From Planctomycetes bacterium UBA1146 (GTDB lineage Bacteria > Planctomycetota > UBA8108 > UBA1146), in contig DCAA01000043.1 in NCBI GenBank assembly GCA_002311345.1, forward strand, positions 6,177-70,176: DNA of 64,000 bases, read 5' to 3'. A program made the translations under genes and the position numbers. Numbering within the stretch: the stretch's first letter is position 1; each line of letters begins with the position of its first letter. The notes beneath the pieces were generated by a model, which made no database searches, had not been told where the DNA came from, and saw only the letters and a program-made list of their open reading frames with translations. Shown here one piece after another: positions 39,672 to 49,824 of the stretch.

Positions 39672-40907
39672 ATGGCTGTATTTGAATACGAAGCGATCGG
39701 TCCAGGTGGAGTCAAGAAACGAAGCACCATCGAGGCCGGGAGTCAGCAGGAGGCGATCAAGCAACTGCGTTCCCGTGGGTTCAAGCCGACCAAGATCCGC
39801 GAGAGCAAGAAGATCTCTGCTGCTTTTGTAGAAGGAAAGAAGAAGAAGGGCCGCTTCAAGATCTTTGGCCGCAGGGTCTCACAAACGGAGATGGTGCAGT
39901 TCACTCAGCAGCTGGCGACCCTGCAAGATGCGGGACTTCCCATCGTCCGTTCGTTGAAGATCCTGGCCGATCAGATGAAACCGGGCACATTTCAGGATCA
40001 ACTCAACAAGGTGACTGAGGATGTCGAGGGTGGATCGACCCTGTCGGAGGCGTTGGAGAAATTCCCCAAAACTTTCAATAACCTGTTCGTCGCGATGATA
40101 AAGGCGGGAGAGGCCGGTGGTGTTCTCGATACCATCCTTCAGCGCCTGTCGGACTTCCAGGAGAAGTCGATGAAGTTGCGCAAGAAGGTGCAGGGCGCGT
40201 TGGTTTATCCGATCGCGGTCATCTGCGTTGCCGGGCTGATTCTCGGTTTCATCATGACCAAGGTGATTCCGCAGTTTCAGAAGATGTTCGCTGACATGAA
40301 CACGGCACTTCCCGGCCCTACCCAGGCGCTGCTGGGGTTCGCCGAAGCGGTGCAAAGCTACTGGTGGTTGACGCCGCTGGTTGTGTTCGGAGTGGTCGGG
40401 GCGATCAGGGCGGTCGGGGCCACCTCCGCCGGTGAATTGATGATCGACAAGTCGAAGTTGAATGCGCCGATCTTCGGTCAGATCATCCGGAAATCGACGA
40501 TTTCTCGCTTCTGTCGTACCCTCGGTACCCTGATCTCATCGGGTGTCCCCATCCTGGAAGCCCTCGAGATCGTACGGGCAGCGGTGGGCAACCGGGTGAT
40601 CTCCGATGCCATCGAACAGGTGTGCGGGTCGATCCGTGAAGGAGAAACCATCGCGGAACCACTCGGACAGTCGGGGGTATTCGATCCGATGCTCGTGAAC
40701 ATGATCGACATCGGTGAGGAAACCGGAGAACTCGACAAGATGCTCAACAAGATCTCCGACAACTACGATCTGGACGTGGACGTACTGGTGGAATCGCTGT
40801 CGAGCCTACTCGAGCCGGTTCTGATTGTCGGTATGGGTGGTGCGGTGGGTTTCATCGTCGTTGCACTCTTCATGCCTCTGCTCTCGATCATCCAGCAGGT
40901 CGGCTAA
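39672..40907 (+). CDS. GspF/PilC-type inner-membrane platform protein
   Basis: Two T2SSF repeats and 3 TM segments are present. An AAGGAG SD sits 9 nt upstream of the ATG at 39672. Confidence 0.8.
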   Translation: MAVFEYEAIGPGGVKKRSTIEAGSQQEAIKQLRSRGFKPTKIRESKKISAAFVEGKKKKGRFKIFGRRVSQTEMVQFTQQLATLQDAGLPIVRSLKILADQMKPGTFQDQLNKVTEDVEGGSTLSEALEKFPKTFNNLFVAMIKAGEAGGVLDTILQRLSDFQEKSMKLRKKVQGALVYPIAVICVAGLILGFIMTKVIPQFQKMFADMNTALPGPTQALLGFAEAVQSYWWLTPLVVFGVVGAIRAVGATSAGELMIDKSKLNAPIFGQIIRKSTISRFCRTLGTLISSGVPILEALEIVRAAVGNRVISDAIEQVCGSIREGETIAEPLGQSGVFDPMLVNMIDIGEETGELDKMLNKISDNYDLDVDVLVESLSSLLEPVLIVGMGGAVGFIVVALFMPLLSIIQQVG

Positions 40908-41009
40908 CGAACATCGCGACTCAAGGAGATGAAAAGACTGAACTTCGGGCCGTGGCGGGGTGATATATTACCCACGTCACGGTCCTTTCTTCTGTGCAAG
41001 GGATAAAGG

Positions 41010-43355
41010 TTGTCTTCAAAGCGTTGTGTAGAATTACTCAGAGCTATTCGGGTCTGGAGTCACGGCCCGGATTACCGACACGCATCCCTCTGCGACATCT
41101 GTGCAGCCATTGAAGCCTCCGAGAAGGAGGAGTCTCTGGTCAAGGAACTTCTCGAGCAATTGGAAGAGACGGGAGAGGCGATCTCTCTGAAGGGCCGGGG
41201 CTGGTTCGTTCCGAACAGAGAAGGTTGGCTGGTCGGGACCCTGACCCTGGTGCGCAGGGGATTTGGCTTTGTCAGACCCCTGGTTGATGATCCTGCCGGT
41301 GATGTTTTCATTCCCGCCCGGCGTCTTCGTGATGCCCATCACGGTGATCGAGTCCTCGCCGGGATCCAGAAACCTCGCCGAGGAGAACCCGCCGTCGCTC
41401 GCGAGGGTAGAAGTGGCAAGATCCTGGAAGTGATCGAACGTAGCCCTCGTGTGATCCCCGGGATCTACCGGGAATCGCATGGCGGGGCCGGAGTGGTCGA
41501 GCCGCTTCGACACGAGAGTGTCCGTGAAGTCTGGATCGATCCCGGGCATCGCGCTGGAGTCGAGGACGGAGATCGAGTGCTGGCGAGATTGCTCCAGGGC
41601 TCGACCATCGACGGATTGCCACCGGGCCAGGTCCTCTGTGCGTTGGCTCCGGAAGGAACCTGGAGAGCAGATCTGCAGGTGGTCTGTGCTGAGCACCAGT
41701 TGAGAGAGGAATTCTCCGCCGAGGTGGAAGCCGCAGTGGCCGCTCTTCCCGATACGATTCCCGATGAGGAGATCGAGCGTCGCTGTGATCATCGGGCCAT
41801 CCCTTTTGTCACCATCGATCCCGAAGATGCCAAGGACTTTGATGACGCGATCACCACCCTCGAGAGTCCTTCCGGGGGGGCTCGACTCGGAGTCGCCATC
41901 GCTGACGTGAGCCACTTCGTACGTTCTGGCGATGAGATCGACTCGGAGGCGTTACTGAGAGGGACGAGTGTCTACATTCCTGGTAAGACGATTCCGATGT
42001 TGCCCGAACGACTCAGCAATGATCTTTGCTCTCTACGCCCCGGTGAAGATCGACTTGCCAAGGTGGTCTGGATCGACATCGATGATTCGGGTCGGTTGGA
42101 AAATTACTTCGTTGAACGGGCGGTGATACGAAGTGCCCGTAGATTCACCTACCAGGAGGCTCAGGCGATTCTCGATCAGGATCCTCAGGACTCAACGGAT
42201 CCGGTCTCGGTGCTCGACCAACTGATCCTCGACCTGGACAAGATTCGCTCTCTTCTGCGTACCCGTCGTCTCGAACAGGGATCCCTCGAACTGGATATCG
42301 ATGAGATGAAGTTGGTTCTCGACGACGATGGCGAGGTGATCGAGGTATGCTCTCGCAGTCGCCTCGTGGCCCACAATCTGGTCGAGGAGTGCATGCTGGC
42401 GGCAAACGAGGCGGTCGCTTCCATCGCTACCTCCAAGCAGATCCCTATCCTGCGCAGGGTTCACTCTCCTCCGGAAGAAGAGCGACTGGAGAAGTTCTCA
42501 CGCCTGTGCAGGGTGCTTGCCCCCCAGGCAAAAGTGAGGGAGATCGCAGATCTACCGGCGGTAATCGATGTGGTTCGTGGAACCGAGGTTGCTCCCGTGA
42601 TCTTTTTTGCATTACTTCGAACCCTCACAAGGGCTGAATACAGTCCTCGTCGTGAGATTCACTTCGCCCTGCAGAAAATTGAATACTGCCATTTCACCTC
42701 GCCCATCAGGAGGTATCCAGACCTCCAGGTCCACCAGGCGCTCGATCGGCACCTGTTCGACGGAGCTGGTCCAGTGATCGATTCGGAATCTGCCGCGCTG
42801 CTGGAGTTGGGAGAGACGTGTAGTACCCGGGAGCGATCCGCCGAGAGTGCAGAACGCGAAATGGCGAGATTGAGGGCGATTTCATGGCTTCGACATCGTG
42901 TCGGGGAACGGTTCACCGGACTCGTCACCTCGGTGAGGGATCAGGGTTTTCATGTTCGTCTCGATGAGGTCCTGATCGAGGGATTTGTTCACGTCTCGAG
43001 TTTGCGCGATGATATTTACGTCTTCAATGATACCCAGTTTGCTCTCAGAGGGGTAAATGCCGGTAACATGATCCGGCTCGGAGATCCGGTCGAAGTGGCA
43101 CTGGAATCGGTAGATCCTCTCCATCGAGACATCGATCTGCGGTACCTTCACACCCGCTCGGGAAGATCGCGGAGCAAGGGCTCGGGGGCGGCTTCCGGAA
43201 ACAAGGCCTCGCAGCGCAGGCCTCAACAGGATGGCCGTGGCAAGAAGACCCGCTCTTCTCGTCGACGAGCGGCCTCCGGACCAGCGCGGCAACGAGATCG
43301 TGGTGGAGATCGTAGAAAAGGTGCCGGACGAGGGGGTCGGAGGAAACGCGGATGA
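41010..43355 (+). CDS. rnr: Ribonuclease R
   Basis: An N-terminal HTH, cold-shock domains and an RNB catalytic domain are followed by an S1 domain and a highly basic R/K/G-rich C-terminal tail, across 781 aa. Confidence 0.8.
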   Translation: MSSKRCVELLRAIRVWSHGPDYRHASLCDICAAIEASEKEESLVKELLEQLEETGEAISLKGRGWFVPNREGWLVGTLTLVRRGFGFVRPLVDDPAGDVFIPARRLRDAHHGDRVLAGIQKPRRGEPAVAREGRSGKILEVIERSPRVIPGIYRESHGGAGVVEPLRHESVREVWIDPGHRAGVEDGDRVLARLLQGSTIDGLPPGQVLCALAPEGTWRADLQVVCAEHQLREEFSAEVEAAVAALPDTIPDEEIERRCDHRAIPFVTIDPEDAKDFDDAITTLESPSGGARLGVAIADVSHFVRSGDEIDSEALLRGTSVYIPGKTIPMLPERLSNDLCSLRPGEDRLAKVVWIDIDDSGRLENYFVERAVIRSARRFTYQEAQAILDQDPQDSTDPVSVLDQLILDLDKIRSLLRTRRLEQGSLELDIDEMKLVLDDDGEVIEVCSRSRLVAHNLVEECMLAANEAVASIATSKQIPILRRVHSPPEEERLEKFSRLCRVLAPQAKVREIADLPAVIDVVRGTEVAPVIFFALLRTLTRAEYSPRREIHFALQKIEYCHFTSPIRRYPDLQVHQALDRHLFDGAGPVIDSESAALLELGETCSTRERSAESAEREMARLRAISWLRHRVGERFTGLVTSVRDQGFHVRLDEVLIEGFVHVSSLRDDIYVFNDTQFALRGVNAGNMIRLGDPVEVALESVDPLHRDIDLRYLHTRSGRSRSKGSGAASGNKASQRRPQQDGRGKKTRSSRRRAASGPARQRDRGGDRRKGAGRGGRRKRG

Positions 43356-43795
43356 TAGCGGAAAAATACCATGTCTGGACCGACGGGGCTTGTCGGGGCA
43401 ATCCTGGGCCCGGAGGTTGGGCCTACATCATTCGCGCCAGTGATGGTACCGAGGAGGTCTGTTACGATTACGAATCGTCGACGACCAACAACCGTATGGA
43501 GTTAGCGGCTGCGCTTGAGGCATTGCGTTCGATTCCAGAAGGGTCTTCGGTCCAACTTTTTAGTGATTCCCAGTACGTTGTGAAGGGGATGAACGAGTGG
43601 ATCGTGGCCTGGCAGCGTCGCAACTGGCGCAAGGCTGACGGCAAGCCGGTTCTCAATGAAGATATCTGGAAACAACTGGTGGAGGCGGCTGCGAAGCGGG
43701 AAATCGAGTGGAACTGGGTCGAAGGACACACAGGTCAAAATGAGAATGAACGCTGTGATGCGCTCGCTAATCGAGCCATTGACGAGGCGTCGTGA
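43352..43795 (+). CDS. rnhA: Ribonuclease HI
   Basis: The [19 protein letters not shown] motif is present in a 147-aa protein. The start ATG overlaps the rnr stop. Confidence 0.8.
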   Translation: MIAEKYHVWTDGACRGNPGPGGWAYIIRASDGTEEVCYDYESSTTNNRMELAAALEALRSIPEGSSVQLFSDSQYVVKGMNEWIVAWQRRNWRKADGKPVLNEDIWKQLVEAAAKREIEWNWVEGHTGQNENERCDALANRAIDEAS

Positions 43796-44505
43796 ACGCC
43801 CTGGAAGGACTGACGATGAACGGTAAGCAGGGAATCTGTCTTCTGGTTGCGGTGCTCGTAGCTGGAATTGGAGTTGCCGCCGTGGTGGGTGATTATTCGA
43901 TACTTCCTCCTGCAGCGAAGGATCTGCACATGAGGCTGGATGCTACCAAGATAAAACTGGCAGATGCCGTGAAGGCGGCCCAGGAATTGACCGGTGGAAT
44001 CGCTCAATCGGCCTCCGCGCGGATCGGCAGCATCGAAGTTCAGTATGAGGTTCTGACGGTGACTACAGAGAAGACTGAAAAAGTGATCGTCACGGAAACG
44101 GGTACCGTCACCGAGCGAGTGGTTGTTCCCCGCTTTCCCGGATCGGGGGTGGCTGCTGATGCCCAGATGGTGAGAACTGCTTCGGGGCTTGCATATTTCG
44201 ATCTGGTCGAGGGCACCGGCGAGACTCCCCCGGCTGTGACCAGTACGGTGAAGGTGCACTACAGCGGCTACCTCGTTGATGGAACCAAATTCGATAGCAG
44301 TGTTGATAAAGGAACTCCTGCATCCTTCCCGTTGAACCGGGTGATCAAGGGCTGGACCGAGGGAGTCGGATCGATGAAGGTGGGCGGGAAACGCAAACTG
44401 ATCATCCCTTCCAGCCTCGGCTATGGCCCCCAGGGGCGCCCCCCCACAATTCCCGGAGGAGCGATCCTGATCTTCGATGTAGAACTGCTCGAGATCGTCC
44501 AGTAA
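43792..44505 (+). CDS. Membrane-anchored FKBP-type peptidyl-prolyl cis-trans isomerase
   Basis: An N-terminal TM is followed by the C-terminal FKBP domain [18 protein letters not shown]...[20 protein letters not shown]. Confidence 0.8.
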   Translation: MNALEGLTMNGKQGICLLVAVLVAGIGVAAVVGDYSILPPAAKDLHMRLDATKIKLADAVKAAQELTGGIAQSASARIGSIEVQYEVLTVTTEKTEKVIVTETGTVTERVVVPRFPGSGVAADAQMVRTASGLAYFDLVEGTGETPPAVTSTVKVHYSGYLVDGTKFDSSVDKGTPASFPLNRVIKGWTEGVGSMKVGGKRKLIIPSSLGYGPQGRPPTIPGGAILIFDVELLEIVQ

Positions 44506-44614
44506 TCGCAGGTCACCAGTCGGCGGTAACGGGCCCAATTGGCCGATTCCGTTGTATATTGACGCAAGAGAGGGGAATTTGCTTTCCGGTCTCGTTGCAG
44601 CATACGGACCGACA

Positions 44615-44637
44615 TTCTAGAATCCGGGGTTCTAGAA
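44615..44637. promoter_or_regulatory. Tandem palindromic TTCTAGAA sites (candidate operator)
   Basis: Two perfect TTCTAGAA palindromes at 44615–44622 and 44630–44637 lie in the 190-nt intergenic region upstream of the PpiD-like gene. Confidence 0.3.
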
Positions 44638-44698
44638 CGGTATTGGTTTACAATCTCCCTGGTAATTCCTACTGCTTGCTGAGAGGTAGGTCCGAGAA

Positions 44699-46585
44699 AT
44701 GTCGACCGGTTTCTTCAAACGTAACGAGAAGGTCATGATGACCATCCTGTTGCTGTTTATTGCTCCCACCTTTGCCGCGACCGGTCTGTTCAGTTGGTGG
44801 GCAAGAAATTCTACTACAGAGGCTACCTACGAGATCAACGGCCAGACGATTTCCGCTCCAAAATTCATCGAGAAACGGATGGAGCTCTCCGAAACCCTGT
44901 GGCTCCAGGGTGTTCGTCGTTTTGGTCCATATCGCGCCGGATTCGATCGTTTCCAGCAGGCCACAGTCGATGACGTACTCAGGCAATTCGTCTACGAACA
45001 CGAAATCGATCGAGTGGGAATCGAGCCGAGCGATGTGGCCAAGGATGTCGAAGTTCGAAAGGCAGCTCTCGATATTTGTTCCTGGTATCGCGTCATGGAA
45101 CGCGCCGGATGGATCGGCACTTATCAGGAACGGTTCCCCGATTTTTCCTCCGAAAGAGCGGTTGCGCGCTTCGATCTCGATACCTATAGCACCGCCCTGG
45201 CAGACGACAGGTTCGGGATCAATATGTCCAAGAAGGATTTCGAGGGCGCGGTAATTCGAGGGTTACGAGTCAGTTCTTTGATCGAATCAGTCGTCGGTGC
45301 CGCTGTGGTCACGGAGAAGGAAGTATTCGAGGAATACGCTTCTACCTACGAGAAGCGAGTTCTCGAGCTGGTCCAGATCTCCAGTGACGACTTCCTGGAC
45401 CAAGCCAGAGAGACGGTCACTCCGGAGGACATCGAAGAGATGTACAACTCGGATCCATCTCGATTCGTTCTGCAGAATCGACTCGGAGTCGAGGTTGCTC
45501 GTGTCGATCGCCGTAGATTGCAGGATTCGATCGAGTATGAACCGACAGCCGAGGAGGTGGAAGCCAGGTATGAACGCGACAAGAACACCCTCTACAGGAT
45601 CAGACGACCTCTCAATTACGTTCCCCCGGAAAACGCAACTCCGGAGGACGATATTCGCCCACTGATCGATGTCTTCGATGCAGTGGTCAGGACTCTGGTC
45701 CGGGACCGCACTGAGGTGGTAGAAGCTGAAATACTTCAGACCGCTCTCGATTCCCTCACAGCGATGAAAGATGCCGGTGAAACGGTACCGCTGGAGCAGG
45801 CTTTCGCCGAAGAAATCGATTACGTCGAGGTTCGACAGATCCCTCCCTTTGTCCAGCGGGATGTGAATCAACTCGACGCCGACATCAAGAATCCTGCAGC
45901 ATATGCGACCTTCTTCCTGCAAGAACGGCGCGCGCCGGGTTCGGTGAAGCCGGGAGATCTGTACGAATTTATCGCCACCAATGGCATGGGAAACTTCCTC
46001 ATCCGAGTCGCCGAGATGCTTCCGCAGAGAACGATGACTTATGACGAGGCGATCGAACCTGCATTGAAGGCGACCGAAGAAGCTCAGGCCAAGTTTCTGG
46101 TGGAAGAGTACGTCGGTTCATGGGTGACACGGATTCAGGCCCAAGAGGAGGGTGTGACGCTGGAAGCGTTCGCATCTGACGGTAACTACACCATCCACGA
46201 GATGGATCCGGTTTCGAGATCTCAGTCGTTCAATCTCAAGATCGACGGCCGTATCCTCGCCGCGCGTGTAGTAGTGATCGAAAATGCCTTCCAGATCGAT
46301 GAGGTTGGTGGCGTGATAGGGCCGGTAACCGGAGATACCGACAAATCCGAGTACGTGATCCGCCTCAAGGAGATCGCACCGCCCGACATGGATCTCTACA
46401 CTGCGCTCAAGGTTGGTACCGAGAATCGACTTCGCTCTGACAAGCAACGAGCGCTGCTCGATGCCTTCCTGGTGAGGCTGATGGAGAACGCCAATATCCG
46501 TGTATACCAGGGAGAAGGAGACGCAGTTTCTCGCGATCAGTTGATCGAGAATGCCGAGGATTCTCCGGAAGGCGATCAAGGATAG
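44699..46585 (+). CDS. PpiD/SurA-N-like membrane-anchored periplasmic chaperone (hypothetical)
   Basis: An N-terminal TM precedes a large periplasmic domain of 628 aa. I saw no clear parvulin catalytic motif. The assignment rests on topology and size only. Confidence 0.35.
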   Translation: MSTGFFKRNEKVMMTILLLFIAPTFAATGLFSWWARNSTTEATYEINGQTISAPKFIEKRMELSETLWLQGVRRFGPYRAGFDRFQQATVDDVLRQFVYEHEIDRVGIEPSDVAKDVEVRKAALDICSWYRVMERAGWIGTYQERFPDFSSERAVARFDLDTYSTALADDRFGINMSKKDFEGAVIRGLRVSSLIESVVGAAVVTEKEVFEEYASTYEKRVLELVQISSDDFLDQARETVTPEDIEEMYNSDPSRFVLQNRLGVEVARVDRRRLQDSIEYEPTAEEVEARYERDKNTLYRIRRPLNYVPPENATPEDDIRPLIDVFDAVVRTLVRDRTEVVEAEILQTALDSLTAMKDAGETVPLEQAFAEEIDYVEVRQIPPFVQRDVNQLDADIKNPAAYATFFLQERRAPGSVKPGDLYEFIATNGMGNFLIRVAEMLPQRTMTYDEAIEPALKATEEAQAKFLVEEYVGSWVTRIQAQEEGVTLEAFASDGNYTIHEMDPVSRSQSFNLKIDGRILAARVVVIENAFQIDEVGGVIGPVTGDTDKSEYVIRLKEIAPPDMDLYTALKVGTENRLRSDKQRALLDAFLVRLMENANIRVYQGEGDAVSRDQLIENAEDSPEGDQG

Positions 46586-46651
46586 CGATTCTCGGTCCCT
46601 CGATTGGCATGCAAGGTTGATCTCGCTCGGTTCGACTTTCGCCGTGAGTTC

Positions 46652-47098
46652 TCAGGCTTCTCCAACGATCTTGTCGATTTTTCCGACTCGACCTTGATGG
46701 CGTCCGCCCTCGAAGGGGGTGTCGAGGAATGTTTGGAGATGGGTCACGATCTGTTCCTGGCCGATGACCCGCTCTCCGAAGCAGGCGATGTTGGCGTCAT
46801 TGTGCGCGCGTGACATCTGTGCCGTGAATTGATCCGTGATCACGGCCGCTCTGACACCTGGATAACGGTTTGCTGTCATCGCCATTCCCTGGCCCGTTCC
46901 GCACACCAGAACGCCGAGTTCTGCCTCTCCCGAGGTCACGGCAGTGGCGATCTGGTGGGCTATATCGGGGTAGTCTGCCTTCTCTTCTTCGGTTGCCGGA
47001 CCTCTTTCCTCGACATCCCAGCCTCTATTGCGCAGAACCTCGGTGGCATTCTTGCGGCCATTGATTCCGGCATGGTCCGATCCGACGATGGCTTTCAT
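46652..47098 (-). CDS. rpiB: Ribose-5-phosphate isomerase B
   Basis: IVGSDHAG and VLVCGTGQGMAMTANR motifs are present in a 148-aa protein. Confidence 0.85.
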   Translation of the reverse strand: MKAIVGSDHAGINGRKNATEVLRNRGWDVEERGPATEEEKADYPDIAHQIATAVTSGEAELGVLVCGTGQGMAMTANRYPGVRAAVITDQFTAQMSRAHNDANIACFGERVIGQEQIVTHLQTFLDTPFEGGRHQGRVGKIDKIVGEA

Positions 47099-48159
47099 CC
47101 CGATATGATCCCTTCAATCCAGCGGTTTTCCAGAGCGCGTTCAATTTCCTCGGCGCAGCGTCGATATATCTCCTCACTGCCGCCGATCGGATCGCTCACT
47201 CCTGTTTCGTTGATCAGATGGACCTTCTCCATCGCCTCCGGATAACCGTGCTCGATCACATTCCGATGATGATGGTCCAGAACGATGATGATGTCCGATT
47301 CTTCCACCTGAGTCGACATCAACTGTCTGGGTTGATGCTCCTCGATGGAGAGCCCCTTCTGTTTCATGGCAGTTTTGGCATTGTCGGCCGCAGCGCTACC
47401 CCCGGAAGCGATTCCCGCGCTGGATACGTGATAACCCTCTTCTGCCAGCGTTCCCTCTGGACAATCGAGGTGCTTTGACAGCAATTTTTTGCACAGGGCT
47501 TCAGCCATCGGGCTGCGACAGGTGTTGCCGGTGCAGACGAAGAGTACCTTCCTGCCTCGCAATAATCTGCGAATCTGAGATTCACTGATCAGGCCCTCGC
47601 GGATGACCAGGAAATCGCCGTTGGCCTGTAATTGAACAATGGTTGAGGCTTGCGAGATCGCAGTTGGACCATCATCGAGTGCGAGAGTTACCCGGTCTCC
47701 GAGAGCCAGGACCGCTTCCTCGACGGTGGTGGCTGTGGGTTCTCCGCTTCGATTGGCACTCGAGGCGAACAAGGGACCACTGCTTGCGATCAACGTCCTG
47801 GTCACCTCGTTGGCAGGGAGTCTGACTCCGATTCCCTTTTCGCCGACAGGAAAGATGATGGTCAGCGGACCGGGCCAGAATGCTTCCATCAATCGTTGGG
47901 CATCATCGCTGGGATCAGGAACCCAGTTGCCCAGTTGCTTGAGATCGGCGATGTGAAGGGTGAAGGGCTTATCCTCGTCTCGGTTCTTTGCCTTGCGCAA
48001 TTTGCTCAGAGCGTCTTCAGAGTCTGCTCTTGCACCGATGCCATATACGGTTTCGGTCGGGAAGATCACCAGTTCATCGCGAGACAGCGCATCGACGGCC
48101 AGTTGGATCGAATCCGGATCCGGCTGGTCACGGTCTACGGAGATGACACGGCTTTGCAA
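47095..48159 (-). CDS. Fusion of L-threonylcarbamoyladenylate synthase (TsaC/YrdC domain) with a low-molecular-weight protein phosphatase (LMW-PTP/YwlE-like)
   Basis: The N-terminal YrdC fold spans about 200 aa (IFPTETVYGIGA, SANRSGEP). The C-terminus carries the LMW-PTP P-loop VLFVCTGNTCRSPMAE and a DP motif. Confidence 0.75.
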   Translation of the reverse strand: MQSRVISVDRDQPDPDSIQLAVDALSRDELVIFPTETVYGIGARADSEDALSKLRKAKNRDEDKPFTLHIADLKQLGNWVPDPSDDAQRLMEAFWPGPLTIIFPVGEKGIGVRLPANEVTRTLIASSGPLFASSANRSGEPTATTVEEAVLALGDRVTLALDDGPTAISQASTIVQLQANGDFLVIREGLISESQIRRLLRGRKVLFVCTGNTCRSPMAEALCKKLLSKHLDCPEGTLAEEGYHVSSAGIASGGSAAADNAKTAMKQKGLSIEEHQPRQLMSTQVEESDIIIVLDHHHRNVIEHGYPEAMEKVHLINETGVSDPIGGSEEIYRRCAEEIERALENRWIEGIISG

Positions 48160-48253
48160 GGTGCTCTCCGTCCGACAAGTTCATGAAAGATCCGGGGTTC
48201 AGCGAATGCCGTCTCCTGCAATGGACTCATGGTGCCACCGGGGATGGGTGCCG

Positions 48254-49126
48254 TCAAACGCTGGCGTGGTAGGAGGATCGAACCAGCGGCGCCGATTCCA
48301 CCTTCTCGAATCCAACTTCGCGGGCGAACTGGCCAAGATCCGTGAATTCCTCGGGACTCCAGTAGCGCTTCACGGGAATGTGGTGATCGGAAGGTGCGAG
48401 ATACTGGCCGAGATTCATCCGGCGTACTCCAGCATCGTGGAGATCACGGATCGTCTCCAGTACCTCTTCTCTTGCTTCTCCGAGACCCAGGATCAGGCTC
48501 GATTTCACACGAGAACCGCCGATCTTGCTGGCGGCACTTCGTAATAGCGAGATGGAATGGTCATAATTGGATCCGGGACGTGCCGCAGGATAGAGCCTTC
48601 TCACCGTCTCGACGTTATGGGAGAAGATGGTGGGTTTTGCCGCCAGCACGATGTCCAGTCCCAGTACCGGGTCGGGGCGGAAGTCCGGCACCAGCACCTC
48701 GGTGGTGGCATCGGGGAGTATTCTTCGGAGTGCCTCGATGGTGAGGGCGAACTGGCCGGCGCCACCATCGACTAAATCATCTCGGTCGACGCTGGTGATG
48801 ACGACATGTTTCAAACTCAACCGATCAGCAGCCTTCGCCAGTTCCTCGGGCTCATCCGGATCGACGGGGGAGGGAATGCCCTTGCTGACGGCACAGAAAC
48901 CGCACTTGCGGGTACACACCTCCCCGAGGATCAGAAACGTGGCGGTGCCCATCTTCCAGCACTCGAAGATGTTCGGGCAGTGGGCTTCCTGGCAGACGGT
49001 ATGAAGACCACCTCGATCCATCAATTTTCCGACCCTCTGGAGTGATCCATCGCCGGGTACGCTGACCCGCAGCCATGGAGGTCTTGGTAGAGGTACTTTC
49101 TTGTGACGACCTGTCATGGATGTCAT
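48254..49126 (-). CDS. lipA: Lipoyl synthase
   Basis: CPNIFECW and the radical-SAM motif CTRKCGFCAV are present. I chose the ATG (MTSMTGRHKK) that overlaps the lipB stop. The ORF-track N-terminal extension is discounted. Confidence 0.85.
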   Translation of the reverse strand: MTSMTGRHKKVPLPRPPWLRVSVPGDGSLQRVGKLMDRGGLHTVCQEAHCPNIFECWKMGTATFLILGEVCTRKCGFCAVSKGIPSPVDPDEPEELAKAADRLSLKHVVITSVDRDDLVDGGAGQFALTIEALRRILPDATTEVLVPDFRPDPVLGLDIVLAAKPTIFSHNVETVRRLYPAARPGSNYDHSISLLRSAASKIGGSRVKSSLILGLGEAREEVLETIRDLHDAGVRRMNLGQYLAPSDHHIPVKRYWSPEEFTDLGQFAREVGFEKVESAPLVRSSYHASV

Positions 49127-49821
49127 CTGGAGTCGTTCCTTCCGAATAGATCCAGGATTCGATCCGCCAGAATCGCTTCCACCTCTTCCCTCGCTGGTGG
49201 GTGTCCCAGTTCCCTCTCCATCGAGGTGACCGGGCAGCCACGGATGCCACAGGGGACGATCCAACCGAAGGGATCCAGATCTCCCGAGACACACAGCGCC
49301 AGGCCGTGCCCCGTGACCCAGCGACGAACACTGAGACCGATCGAGGCAATCTTGTGCTGGCCGACCCAGACTCCCGTGTGATCAGGCTCTCTCCGCCCCT
49401 CGATCCGCCAGTGTTCCAGTGTTTCGAGCACGGCGGTTTCCAGCGATCTGAGCAGTCGATGCAGGTCACGTTCCGCTGGTGAGAGTTTCAACACCGGGTA
49501 AGCGAGCAACTGGCCTGGACCGTGATAAGTCGCTTCTCCACCCCGGTCGACCTCGTGGATCTCGACTCCTCTGGCGTCCAGGAGATCCTCTTCGATGAGG
49601 ATGTCATTGCTTGTTGCAGCACTACCGAGGGTCACGACCGGCGAAGGTTCGAACAGAAACAAAGTTTCACGTCGGTGTTGTTCGAGAGTGCCGGAAGGGG
49701 CCGTTCCGAGTTGTCGCTGCAACTCGAGCATGTCGCAATGGGTCCGGGCGAAGGAAACTTCTCCGAGCTGTTTCACCAGCACGTCGGCGGGAATTGCGGT
49801 GGAAACATTCGAGGTCTCCAT
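49123..49821 (-). CDS. lipB: Lipoyl(octanoyl) transferase
   Basis: The LipB catalytic region (HKIASIGLSVRRWVTGHGLALCV) is present in a 232-aa protein. It is translationally coupled to lipA. Confidence 0.8.
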   Translation of the reverse strand: METSNVSTAIPADVLVKQLGEVSFARTHCDMLELQRQLGTAPSGTLEQHRRETLFLFEPSPVVTLGSAATSNDILIEEDLLDARGVEIHEVDRGGEATYHGPGQLLAYPVLKLSPAERDLHRLLRSLETAVLETLEHWRIEGRREPDHTGVWVGQHKIASIGLSVRRWVTGHGLALCVSGDLDPFGWIVPCGIRGCPVTSMERELGHPPAREEVEAILADRILDLFGRNDSR

Positions 49822-49824
49822 CTC

